Position numbers and translations under genes: made by a program. This document shows positions 11,860-25,257 of a stretch of 64,000 nt of DNA, in pieces. The stretch spans positions 15,996,001 through 16,060,000 of the forward strand of contig OX597832.1 of assembly GCA_951406725.2 (NCBI GenBank). The letters are read 5' to 3'. This stretch comes from Octopus vulgaris (lineage: Eukaryota). Under the pieces are notes generated by a model. It did no database searches. It was not told the DNA's origin and saw only the letters and a list, made by a program, of their open reading frames with translations. Numbering within the stretch: position 1 is the stretch's first letter; each line of letters starts with the position of its first letter.

Positions 11860-14800
11860 TTAGAACATTTCAAGAAATGTCTAACCTACTCAAAATAATC
11901 TGTAATTGACAGCACTTTTGACTTTAATGTTTCAAGCATTCATTATTTCCAGGAATTTGTCTTCTTTGAATTGTTTTCTACTTTTGGTAGTTCTTACTAA
12001 GCCATCTAAGATACCAATAATTTTGTGTAAAATTATAGATACACAATGTGTTACTTCCTTCCAATTATAGCTATAATACGATGGTAAATTCAAGTAGTTT
12101 TAATTTCACTGTAATTACTAAGAGAAGGAAAGATCAATTATATTTTGAACATTAAATTTGCTGTTTAGTAATGTAATCTGTGAGAAGTGGAAAATGTTCA
12201 CTTTTAGAATAATGACATAATAAAGATATTTTTGTTAGATTCTCAATATAATAATCATCACCACGAAATTATAATTTGCTGACTTTAACAAATAATGAAT
12301 TCCTCTTTAGAAGAATGCACATTTCCGAAACAAGAACATCATTTTCCCTTTATTATGTTTTACACTACAGAAATCTACAACGTACCGATAATAGCCATCA
12401 TACTCAAAATACAGATTATAACACGTTTTGAATTATATATTTTTAATTGTTACATGATAAATTAGTAAGTTTACAATTTATGATCTGTTAACGATTTGGA
12501 GAAATATCGTTAAAACATCAAAAGTAAAAGAAAGCACTGATTTGGCATCTTCCTTCATATTCCTTGAGTTTCATGAACCAATTACTTGTTAGTGTTGCTT
12601 TCAATTATATTGATTTGACCTGTCACAAATTTAGGTGGCTTTCTTGTATTACAAATCAATGAATCTTTAATGCGTTATAAATTATGTCACTGTAGTACTC
12701 TGTCCTTACTCAGTAGGATATAGCGCATTAGTACAGACGTAGTGACTATTATAGATTTTCTGTGTTACCTACCCTATAATTTAATGTCACAACTAGCGGA
12801 TAAAGATGCATTATATATGCAAATATATTTATCCACTTTATTTAACACTCTCCTTATAGTCGATTTAAAAGTGTACTTTCAAAACCTTTAACTGTTCCTA
12901 ATGAAATTTGAATGGGTAGTAAGAAAACGGTTCAATCGTAATTTGCCTTTCATTTTATGTACGTGGTAACGAATACACATATACAGAAAATGATTCCCTG
13001 TAACTGGTCTTATATTCTAATAAAAAATAGAATCTACATACGTATTCTATAATAAGGTATATTAACACAAACAGACTGATAAATTGAGACCCAGATTACG
13101 TGTTAGTAAATAATTTCTATATATCACGATATATGCAAATGTGTTCCTACAGTATAATTACGTCTATTTGCAGTACGTTTCTGGGCAATTTTTTCTTTAC
13201 TCGTGCAAGGAGTGTAGAACTCGATAGCTTTGATTCTTGATTTTAAATCCAAGAAAATACTTTAGATACAGATGAGATATTTCCAATCGTAGATCCAAAA
13301 TTGTTAAGAATTATACACGTAAGTTTTTGTGCATTGCATTAAGATTAGGCATTTTGCTCGAACAAAACCAAACTTCTAATCAAAAACATTTTACTAACAT
13401 TGTTTCAAAGTGCTATCAGGTTTAACTTTCAAACTTTTAAGTTTTGAATAAGAAAATAAGTGAGACTTGCATCCTAAATTCGAGTTGCCGTATGATATTG
13501 TAGGATATGGTTATCATTTTACAAAGTAACGATTTACTTATAATACATTTTCTTACTATACAGTCAAAATAACAATTTTAGCAACAAATTTTACAGTATA
13601 TCTATTTTCTATCTAGGTAACAGATAGCTATGAATTGTGGTATCTATGACCAGGTCCAACATGCAGGGGATTCAAATTTTTTTATCAAGACCGTGGAAAA
13701 TAAAGGCATAAATGTTCTACTCATTATATCTACATAATGACCATCAGTGAGTTTTATAATTTCGTCGGAAAATGGATTAACGGCAAGGCTCATTGATCGC
13801 ACTCCAATCTAATCTTTTAGCTGGTATTCACTCGATATCATCGAAGCGTGTTTAACATGCATATCAATCAACACTAAATGTTGATATCCTACTCATTTCG
13901 AACTTTAGAACTGTTATTTCGTGTAAATTTTCTTTTGTCACGACATAATGTTATTGAAGTTTTCTTTCTGAATTTACTAAGAAATAATTTATCCTACAGT
14001 TTCTGTTCATTTGTATGTCAAATGTATTAAAGTAACCTGTCATGACTAACGCACACTTGTCCTCATATCGTTTTAATATTCCAAATTTGAGAGTGAAATT
14101 TAAAGCATATTACCACTGAGTCCTGTAACCCCTCAGACAATTTAATGTACTTTTCAACATTTTAAAAATAAACGCATTTATACCGCGATTTTTTCATCAA
14201 GACTTGCTCTATGTAGGGATGTAATTTATTTATTCTAGTATTTATGGCATAACCACAGAATTTATGTGGGGTCTCTTGGTGGGGGGACTCTACAATAAAT
14301 TATCTACACATATTTCTTTTTAGTTGGAAACTGCTTCACCAAAACAAATTATGATTCTAGTGAGTGCATGTCCGCTGGGCTGTGTCCATAATGCCCAAGA
14401 AAGTTTATAACATTTTCATCAATTTCCCTTTTATCACAAATATATTTGTGCGCCTGATATGTTTTTGTATATATCTCGTCGTGTGTGCATAAGTTTGCAT
14501 GTGATTGATAAGTAGAATAAGTGGAGGTGTATACATTCCCACAAGTACAAGCTTATAAGAGAATACGTACGCAGAAAAAAACTACACCCTCATGCATACT
14601 TATATAGTTTCTGCATCATATTTTGACATTTTGATGCTACCTTTGTGAATCTAGTTCGTGTCTCATATTTATGAAACGGAACAAAATATTAAAACTTGGA
14701 AAAATATATATTAGTAAATCATAGAAGCTTTCTTTTTCATTCAGATTACTTCAAGAATCTTATTAAATGCACACAAAAAAAAATTTTCTTGTAATATATA

Positions 14801-15484
14801 TTTTGGTTAACGTATTTCTTTACTTATTTTTGGCTTTCAAAATAACACTATTTCTTTCGTTTTATAACTCTAATACTGAATTTTCACATTAACTTAAGAA
14901 AAAAATTCTTATATTCTCAAATTTTTCATATATTTTTTGAAACTCCGTTCCGCCTCTCTAAATAATGTTCTAGATTTTTACCAGTTCTAGATCTTCATTC
15001 TCTTTCCTGTCCTTTAGCCAAATTCAAGACAATTTTAATATCTTTTATAACTGAAATTATTATATTTCTACAACGCCATTTTCTTACATACGCTAACATA
15101 CGATTTTAGTGTAATTTTACTCTTCAAAATAATTTTTTACTTATTTTCTTATCAAAATAAAATCACCAAATCTTTTTACGTTTACTTCTAAATATATATA
15201 TTTTTTTAATTGTCGAGAAACTATGCTACGCGTATAAGAAATGTTTAATCTTCGTTTTTGCTGACATTTTGATGAAGAAATATATTAATGAAGCTTAACA
15301 TTGCTAAAAAAAGAAGATAAGAAAAATGTCTACCAAAATTCATTTATTTTAACGGTTTCTTGCTTCCAGCTAACTGATTCTTCTTTACTTGAAACAACTA
15401 ACTTTTAGACAGACTTATTTATTTGTTGAAGTAAAAATAATCTCTCTGATAAATTTTTAATTTATATATTAATGAGTTCGTCAA

Positions 15485-15757
<273 letters not shown>

Positions 15758-16734
15758 TATTTGTCACGAATCTATGATCCAGGATACAAGCAATGAAATA
15801 AGTATACTGAAATCAATAGTTTGGACAATAATGAATTTGTCACAAAATAATTAATCACACACCTATAGGCCATCAGTGACGATTTAAACCTATTCAAGTG
15901 AAATAATTTTTACCGTATATTTAGTTGTTCTACCATGTATTTATTGGAGCTCAAAAAGAAATCTCAAATTCGCTCAGATAGATTTCCTATCTGCTGTTTT
16001 AGTAATCTGGAAAGCAAATAGTATGCTAGTATCATGACTGAAATAATCTCACATATTATGTAGAATATTGGTTTGTGGGAACAAAACATGCTCTAGTTAG
16101 TTATGATATAGATGTGTAATTAATCTTAGACAGGATACCAAGAAAGCAGACTTTGTGTGTAATTAGAACAACTAATAAGAACGTTCTAAAAATGGGCCCT
16201 GTTGATTGTCTGACGGGTTCCTGCATGTGGTCTTGCCTAGTTGATATAAAAGTCACGGATATTGTTCCTTGAATTTCAAGTAGGAAAACTAAGAAACGTA
16301 ATGAAAAAGCAAAAAATAAATAATAATTAACATTTATTACATTTTTTGGCAATAAATGATTTTCCCTTGAAGAGTGTGAGATATTGTGCAAAGATTGATT
16401 TCGAAGGAAAATGTCGATCAATATTGTGTCCTCTACCTACCGAGCAGATTTCGAAAGGAGTGTGCAGAATCAAGTAATAGCATCTCGGTGTAAGTATTAG
16501 TTTATCGGATTTCAGTTATACTGAAAAATCACCGTGACCTTTTTCCAGAGAAAATGCAACGGATAATAATCAAAGAAGTTGCACGATAACGTCTAACATT
16601 TAGAGACACATAAGACAACAAGAAACAAAGTAAGAAATGTATTTATATGCATTTGTAAGTAGGTGTGTAAGACCGTGATTTTATAGAGTGGAATATCCCT
16701 ATTTTGGTTACACTCATTATCCATTGTAATATGT

Positions 16735-17022
16735 TGTCTATTCATTTTTATGGATGTTACGTTCAACATTCTTAAACAACTCTTATTCAGGGTTCATTTG
16801 AGCAGGACGATCTGTTCGGCAGGAAGAATATTCTAACCGGACCCCACTTGCAGGGTCATGCGCTATTTATCGTGATGTAAAATCATCGTATTAAGCACAT
16901 ATGGTTCTGATTCATGTGTCTGTTACACTCTTATCTGATGGGCAGATATCATGGGTGTACTGAATTTCATATGATTTACCCCCGGGTCACTTTGGTGGCA
17001 TGTACCGCTCCCTCTCACACAA
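16735..17022 (+). mobile_element. Older 3' partial copy of the ~550-bp non-coding TAA-tailed element
   Basis: Reverse-complement homologue of 17301-17580; ends ...ctccctctcacacaataataa. Confidence 0.85.
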
Positions 17023-17033
17023 TAATAACGATG

Positions 17034-17114
<81 letters not shown>

Positions 17115-17267
17115 GTAATAATAATAATAATAACAATAACAATAACAACAACAACAACAACAATAATAATAATAACAATAGTAACAATAACAACAACAAC
17201 AATAATGATAATAATAACAATAACAATAATAATAATAATAATAATAATAATATCATTATTATTATTA

Positions 17268-17302
<35 letters not shown>
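17021..17302. repeat. (AAT/AAC)n switching to (ATT)n microsatellite
   Basis: Direct observation; strand switch near 17250. Confidence 0.95.
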
Positions 17303-17860
17303 GAGTGAGAGAGCAGTTCATGCCATCAAAGTGACACTGGGGTAAAATATACGAAGCCCAATATACCCATCATGACTACTCGTCTGATAAGGGTACACCA
17401 GGCACATGCATCACAACCATATGTGCGCGACATGGTGATCTCATATCAAGATAAACAGCACATGACCTTGCAGGTGGGGCCCAGTTAGAATTTTCTTCAG
17501 TTGAGTAGCCCATCCCGCTCAAAAGGACCCTGAATAAGGGTTGTTTAAGGATGTTGAAAGAACCACCCATGTTTCCAGAGGTGAATTATCCAAACCCCAA
17601 AGAATCCCTCTCAACACATGGCTATGATGCTCCCCCACTACTTCTGCTCGTGATCAGAGATGCACATATCGTCAGCCACAAAGGGACATGCTCAACTGGT
17701 TAAGGTCAAACAACTGACAAGCAAAGCTGTGCTATTGAGCAGCATATTTGCTGTAGCCCATCTTTTATACCAAGACAAAACAATGTACATGATAACACTC
17801 CCAATCAGTTAAGACACAACACACAGAAGCAATGAGAGCCACTGCCTGGTACTGCATCAG
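17301..17860 (-). mobile_element. ~560-bp non-coding interspersed element embedded in (TAA)n
   Basis: Near full-length homologue at 52070-52545 and inverted partial copy at 16735-17022; TAA repeats on both sides. Confidence 0.85.
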
Positions 17861-17876
17861 ATTATCATTGTTATTA

Positions 17877-17965
<89 letters not shown>

Positions 17966-17998
17966 GTTATCATTATTATTATTATTATTATTATTATT
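17861..17998. repeat. (ATT)n microsatellite (3' tail or target of the R4-like LINE)
   Basis: Direct observation. Confidence 0.95.
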
Positions 17999-19750
17999 CA
18001 GTAGTTTTATTTTTATTTTTTATAGCGTGCTTTCACTTCACTACCGAGCGCAGCTCTGTGTGCCTTGGGTATGTGCTGTGATTCGTTGTGATGCTCTGAT
18101 GGTTATTGTATGGAAAGTGTTCTGCGTAGGATGTGTGCAGTGCCTAGTAGTGCAATTTTCTGTATGTTATATGTGTTTGTAAGTCCTGGTGTTTTTGTTA
18201 TGTATTTGTCTGAATATTTTTTTATCATACCTAATGCACCTACTATGATAGGAATTGTTTCTGTTTTCAGATTCCACATTCTAGTTACCTCTATTTCCAG
18301 GTCTTTGTATTTTGAGAGTTTCTCCATTTCTTTTAGAGACACGTTGTCATCTGCCGGTACTGATACATCAATTAGAAAGCATTTTTTTTCTTCATGGTCT
18401 CTGACAACTATATCTGGTCTGTTGCCTTAATTTCTCTATCTGTGTGTATCGGCATATCCCAGAGTATGGTTGCTTTCTCGTTTTCTGTGACCTTTTCTGG
18501 TGTGTGCCTATACCATCTTTTTTCTGTTGTTATTCCATAATGTTGGTATAGCTTCCAATGTATGTAAGTTCCAACTCTGTCATGTCTGTGAATATATTCC
18601 TTCTTAGCCAGGACTGGGCAGCTAGAGATAATATGATTTATTGTTTCTTGTCCATCTCCACATATTCTGCAGTTACTTGTAATATTTCTTTTCATTACAT
18701 GTTTTTGGTAATTTCTGGTGGGGAGGCTTTGGTCTTGTGCTGCAATTAAAAATCCCTCTGTTTCTGCTTTGAGTCCTGAGCTTCTCAACCATTGCTGGGA
18801 TTTTTCTTTGTCTATTTCTTTTGCGTTTAGTTTAGTCCAGTATTTACCATGAAGGGGCTTTTCTTGCCATCGTTTTAACATGGTTCGTTGCTGTTCTATT
18901 TTTAGTTTGGATTTCATTTGTTTTATAGCTTTTGTTGTTTCTTCATCTTCTTCTTCTTCTTCTTCATGTTTATTAGGTGGTATGATTTCTTGTTTGTATT
19001 TGTCAGCTTCCTTAAATACTGAGAACAGTTTTTTGTTTTGCTCGTGTTTTGCCGCTATCTGGATCAGTTTTCCTTCCTTCTGAAGTAGATATTTTTGCAG
19101 TCCTATGGTGGTTATTTTATAGTAGTTTTCCAGCTGTATAAGGCCTCTACCACCTTCTATACGTTGTATATATAGTCTTTCTATGTCAGATTTTGGGTGA
19201 TGCATCCTAGATCCTGTCAGTATTTTTCTTGTTTTCCTGTCTATTTTGGTCAGTTCATTTCGTGTCCAGTTAAGGATATTGTAGCTGTAACTTATAACTG
19301 GGACAGCTAAAGTGTTGATACCTATTATCTTGTTTTTAGCATTGAGCTCTGTGTTTAGTATTGATCTAACTCGTCTATAATATTCTTTTTTTATTTTCTC
19401 TTTCATTTGTGTGTGTTGTGTCTTATCTAGTTCATGGATTCCTAAGTATTTGTAAGTTTGGCTTTGGTCTAATTCTTTTATTTCATTTGCTTCATCTAGT
19501 GTGATGTTGTTACTCTTAACTAGTTTTCCTCTTTTCATGGTTACTTTGGCGCATTTTTCTAATCCAAATTTCATATCTATTTCTTTGGTAAATCCATGAA
19601 CTGTCTTTAATAGTGTTTCCAGCTGTTTGTCATTTGCAGCGTATAGTTTTAGGTCATCCATATATAAAAGGTGGCTGATCGTTTTGCCGTAACATTTATA
19701 TCCGCATCCAGTTCTATTTAGCATATCAGATAGAGGTGACAGTGCCCAGC

Positions 19751-19752
<2 letters not shown>
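17999..19752 (-). mobile_element. Young 5'-truncated R4/Dong-like non-LTR retrotransposon
   Basis: ORF 18408-19750 has HLLYMDDLKLYA (RT), YKYLG, GGRGL, CRICGDGQETINHIISSC (zinc knuckle) and RHD; after one frameshift near 18420 the RLE end KLSKYKDL...IIVGALG...ALLGTAHIL; (TAA)n on both flanks. Confidence 0.93.
18103..19750 (-). pseudogene. RT-zinc finger-RLE polyprotein fragment (one frameshift, 5' truncated)
   Basis: ORFs 18408..19832 and 18103..18342 join across a frameshift at the RPD motif. Confidence 0.9.

Positions 19753-19828
<76 letters not shown>
19753..19828. repeat. (ATT)n microsatellite
   Basis: Direct observation. Confidence 0.95.
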
Positions 19829-19829
<1 letters not shown>

Positions 19830-20100
19830 CAAGCTAAATCTATAAGAACTTACAAAAACCCCTTCTGAATGGTCTCACATTTTTCTTAACATATATTTAC
19901 AAATCACAAATACCTCGTTGTCTCCACTAATGCAGTTTTCTTATTCCGACTTATCAAACCTGATTGTTGATGCTCTCAACGTTCCTGCGACGCCCCTAAT
20001 AATCACACCGTCCTTTTCTTCATTACCCACCTTCTTGCATTTCCTTTCTTGCATTTCCATCTTTTCGTAGTTTGTAATTTGCAATCAGTGCTAGATTTTA
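19830..20100 (-). mobile_element. Old R4/Dong-like 3' remnant
   Basis: Minus strand VIIRGVAGT and KKTALVETTR resemble IIVGALG and QKIALLGTAH of the adjacent element. Confidence 0.5.
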
Positions 20101-21189
20101 ATATTTTTATTATAAAAAGCTACGCGCAAAATAAGTGGCGTCATTTCGTGGTGTTGCTTTCTGATAAGAAATTCCGCTGAAGCACAGCTAGTCTTTGACA
20201 ATTTTGAGCGCGATAAATAGCAGTAAAATCTCATAACAGTGGTTGATGTTATCACTTTACGCTCCACTCCCTACCGAATTTACTGGCAATGTTCGATAAG
20301 TTGACACCGATATTTTATAATGAAAACGGTGAGTTGTTCGAATCGGTACGAGGTCATGCAAATATGCATTTAATCCGTTTTCAGGCTCTTATTTAAAATT
20401 TTACGAGGACTAAATTTTAATTTTAAATTCTGGCGTGATCGACTTTGTTTTTCATCACTTCTAGGTCAAAAGAATAAGTAATATGTGTATGCAAAACCAT
20501 ATAGTTTTATTTTTCTATACAAACAACACACTATACCCCACAGTTATGCACGAGATTCAGGAAATATGACTGATTTGGTATGATACCTTGCACAGTTGTT
20601 TTATAGAGTTAGGCATATTCATACAATCTCGTGTCACACGATGTTTTCTTGTATTTTCTAGGTATCTACCTCGTATCTAACCTTTATAGTTAGCAAACAC
20701 TGATTTGCTGTTCATCTTAACATATTCCGCCAGCACTTTTAATTTCAGAACAGGATCCGTTGTATATAACAACATTGCATTAACCAGTCTATTATTCAGA
20801 CAATAAGCAATTATAGAGATCCCTTTAGTTGAGGAAATTGGTTAAAATAAAAATATCTTATTTTACTGACACTTACACTAATTACACTGTTTCTTATTTT
20901 TCTAAACATTATATTACTTCGAGAAACTATTGCTAGTTGTTATATACACCTGTATATGCGCATGTGTGTGCGCGTGTGTAATAGTAACGATTATGTCTAC
21001 TATAAATGCTTTTATTCGTTGATTGTCCATTGATTTCTGTTTTCGTTTTACCTCTTGACAGTGTCTTCCGTTTTATATCTTGAATATTGTAAGGCTTCCC
21101 TTTCGAAAGAGAAGAGAAACATCATGAAAATGCAAGCAACAATTGTACGCATTTCATCGTTACATACATGCATATAAACATATTAAAAT

Positions 21190-21191
21190 AC

Positions 21192-21281
<90 letters not shown>

Positions 21282-21299
21282 GTGCACATACAAATATAC

Positions 21300-21336
<37 letters not shown>
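21190..21336. repeat. (TA)n/(TG)n microsatellite
   Basis: Direct observation. Confidence 0.95.
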
Positions 21337-21337
<1 letters not shown>

Positions 21338-22121
21338 TAGGGTGGTCCTTATTATTCAGTTTTCTTAAAGTGTAGCTTCCACCAGCCTATCTAGTTCCTA
21401 ACTAACAAAGAAACAATCTGTGTAAAAATTTAATTCAAACGAACGGGAAGACAACCCCCATCAAACGTAAAATTTTGTGGTTTTTACCCTGTAAGTCAGT
21501 TTTTTCGGATATGTTTATTTTATCGCTTTCATAATTTTCCTTGTAAAGCAAAAACGTGTGAACCATTTTCTTGGCATTATAAAAGTAATTGACAATAAAT
21601 ATGATGAGGAAAGCAAATAGCTAACCTGGGGACAAAGCGCTATTATAGGGCAAACACCCACTTTTTCCCTCGTCGGCGGCTAGCCGTGACTGAGTGAGTT
21701 TCGGAGATGCGTTCTTCCGTTGAAAGTGTTCTACTGCTCCTAATCATGAAATATACGTTAGTGACAAACACTGAACTAAGATGATTTGTCAGTGTTTGTA
21801 AATATAAGTTAATTCATTTCTAATTATTGTATGCACTCGTTGATTTTGTTGTGGGGTATTGTGGTATAGATCTTCTCCTGCTTTGTTTATAGCCCTGATG
21901 ACGTTGGAATACCATGTTTATAACCTGTACGTGTTTATCATTTATGCGCTTTTTATACACATTTTGCGACCACACCCGATCCCTTTAACAACTATTTCTT
22001 CCTATTTTCTTACTCAATTGTTGATTCAGGTGCAATGTGGCTATTCGTCCGAGATATCTATTATTGGGCATCATCTCCTTCAAGTAGTTCATGACACCAA
22101 TTAATAAAAGATTTTCATGTG

Positions 22122-22440
22122 ACTTATACGCACACATATTCACATTTATGCACACTTATACGCACACATATTCACATATATGCACACTTATACGCACACA
22201 TATTCACATATATGCACACTTACACACACATATCCATATATATGTACATTTATACGCACACATATTCATATATATGCACACTTATACGCACACATATTCA
22301 CATATATGCACACGTATAAGCACACATATTCATATATATGCACACTTATACGCACACATATTTATATATATGCACACTTATACGCACACATATTCACATA
22401 TATGCACACTTATACGCACACATATTCACATATATTTATA
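22122..22440. repeat. 32-bp minisatellite, about 10 copies (cacttatacgcacacatattcacatatatgca)
   Basis: Period of 32 visible directly (e.g. 22151 vs 22183). Confidence 0.9.
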
Positions 22441-22480
22441 TACATGCATGCTTGCATTTATATATGTATATGTATGTATG

Positions 22481-22512
<32 letters not shown>

Positions 22513-23408
22513 CATGAACGGAGAGAGTACGAAACAGGCATAGATGTCTGCACAATATAGTATCATAGTTTACAGCCAATTCGCGATCCTAATGCTCTGT
22601 TGTAAGGGAAGATCAGCGGCGTATGATCTGTGAAATAATGCTTCTTCCACACTCAATCGCGAAATTTGCATTTCACAATAAAACTGAATATTAAGGCTAT
22701 TAATAATATTTTAAATGACTGAAATTATATATTATCTGACTAATGTAAGAGATATACTAGCAAATGTCAATTGTCATGAGTTAGAATTATTTGTAAACAG
22801 ACCTATTTTGCCAAAGTACATGCACTTCGAGAGGTTGTTTATAGTATTAATTTTCTATGTAAAAGACAAATATCGTAATTACACTATGAATCACAATTCC
22901 TCAGAGAGTATCACAAATCACCTTGCATTGTGTATGTATACAACTAGACACTCGGCGGGCTGAATTGTCATTGATTAACAATACATCACATTCTTAACTA
23001 TATACCACGTGTCTTAAACATAAATATGTAAATCACAATAGCAGAAACTAAATGACAACATGCTATCAACGTGTCCCTCAAAATGTCAGTTACTAAAATG
23101 CACGGTCATTGTAATCACGTGTGTAGTGTACAAAATATATGCTCAAAATCTTTCCTCTCAATTTTTGGTAATGGATTCACCTTCCTGTTATTCCAAATGA
23201 AGAGAGATGCTACAGGGGAGGATTAACCTGTTACTGTTGGAATATGTAATCATGAATAAGACACAAAGTAAACATAATATATCAGAACGTGGGAAAATAA
23301 ACCAGAATATTTTTATGAAAAACATATAATGTTTGGTATTGAGTAAATTACATCTACGGTTTTCATGGTCAAACATAATCATTAGAGATATAAAAATATT
23401 GGTCAAAA

Positions 23409-23441
23409 TAGGCGTAGGAGTGGCTGTGTGGTAAGTAGCTT
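23409..23441 (+). mobile_element. SINE 5' end (A-box region) split by the LINE insertion
   Basis: taggcgtaggagtggctgtgtggtaagtagctt matches the head of the intact copy at ~40592-40625; the SINE continues at 28856. Confidence 0.9.
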
Positions 23442-23838
23442 TGCTAACCTCACTGACAGAAGAGTGACTTTGCCTACCGTACTACGGTTTGGACACGTTT
23501 TCTTCCCGGTAAGAGTTTTGCTGTGTTGTTAATTGTTGAATTCCTACTACTGAAAATTTGCCTTTAAACGTTGCTGAACTGTCTTGTTCTCCGGTTTTAC
23601 CGGGAAATAATTGAATAATTTCTTACCGTTGAACTGTTAGCCACTGTGGCTTTTTATTTACGTGACTATACATAGTCCTGCCAGACTATTTTCGTGCCCC
23701 TCCCCCGAATGGGGGTGGGAATTGGAATTTTTGAACTGCTTTTTTGAACTACTTTGGAAGAAAAACTTTCTATAGGTTTCCCAGTTTTGTGGGAAACCAA
23801 TACTCGTAATTTTTGTGTTGTCTAATTTCAACAGAATA

Positions 23839-25240
23839 ATGTCTGTTGAAATTATTCACGAAAGTAGTGCTCTCGAGGAGAGCAATGTTAAAAAATTTTC
23901 TGAGGTAGCCGCAGTGGCTACCGAGAAAATTGACATCGATGTCAACCAGCTCGTCGAGCTATTTAAAAAAATGCAAGAGGAGGGTGGTGATGTTAAAATA
24001 TCACCCTCCGCCAGTATCGTGGAGACCGAGAAGCGGACCGTAGTGTTTAAAACTTTCTGTCCACAAAGCAGAAGGTTCAAACACTTTGAAAAAAGTACCA
24101 TCGAGAAATGCCTGTCCCCGATTTGGAAGGACATCGTGTACGTCGCCAGGGGACGGGCATATGGCACTGTGGATGTCCACTTCTCGGGGGAAGAAATGGC
24201 CCGCGGGCATTCTGTAAACCCCCTAAAAACCAAGGAGGTGGTACTTTTTCCAAGCTATAGGAGACGCAGGACGTCCCGGGTCAGGATTGTAGAAGCCCCG
24301 CCGGAAGTAGATCCGGTAGAGGTAGTGGCCGCCCTATTATATAAAAGGGCGGACAAAATTAAAATACTAGAAGTAACATGCTCTACCCCTCGATTTTGGC
24401 TCGGGCGTAACATTAATATATTAATTCAAGGAACATCGGAGGACCTACAGCTCCTTCCTGAGAGGGTGCTCGTGGGCGAGAACGTAGCCCCCAGGGTACA
24501 GGTCGAAGGCCGAAAACCCACCTGTTACGCCTGCGGCAAAAAGGGCCACATTCGTGTAGACTGTCCAGACAAGCAAAAGAAACCGCAGACACCAGGCTCC
24601 TCAGATAATAAAAAAGTCCCTACCCTTGCAAACACACCTACCCCTACAAAAACAAAAAATCCCACTCCTGCTGTTACGGTGCCAACCCCAAAACAAACTG
24701 AAGAAAAACTCAGCCCTCGCACTCACAAACCCCTACACTATTAAAACCTCCCACCCCCTAAAAACTGCGGCGCCTAGCGAACAAACTATTGCTACCCCAG
24801 ACGATACCATGGAGGTATCAGAGGGGGGATTTACACCAGTTCGTAAAATAATTCGTGCAGCATCCCCGTCCACATCCCCTACAAAAAATAATAAAAACAA
24901 AGACACACCACAGACACGGAAAAAAAAATCCCGCTCAACTGGCCCAGAAAAAGAAGACAAAAAAGAAAATGAACTCATATTAATTGAATTCGACACACAA
25001 GACAAATACATAAACGATATTGTGGTTCAGCATCAGTCAGCAAGACTGTACAACAAATACAAAGATCGAAATAGACACGCGTGGATTGCGGAAACAACGT
25101 TCAAACAATTAAAAGACAGACACCCAAACGCCATCCGGCATGTCGCGAACATGCCGGACTATCTGAAGAAAGAGGAGAAAGAAGGAGCCCACAAACGTGT
25201 GGTGAGGTCGGCCCCCACCTCTCCAACGAAATGTAAGTAG
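23839..25240 (+). pseudogene. LINE ORF1 (gag-like, zinc knuckle), one frameshift near 24720-24745
   Basis: CYACGKKGHIRVDC motif; Pro/Thr/Lys-rich C-terminal part continues in ORF 24626..25240. Confidence 0.85.
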
Positions 25241-25257
25241 AACTTTTACTTTTTGTA

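Noticed and set aside
19753-19832. Poly-Asn N-terminus on the 474-aa RT ORF
   Set aside because: It is the flanking (AAT)n tract read in frame from a non-ATG start; the element is 5' truncated.
22122-22440. Regular 32-bp repeats as a CRISPR array
   Set aside because: There are no unique spacers and no cas genes, and the context is eukaryotic; it is a minisatellite.
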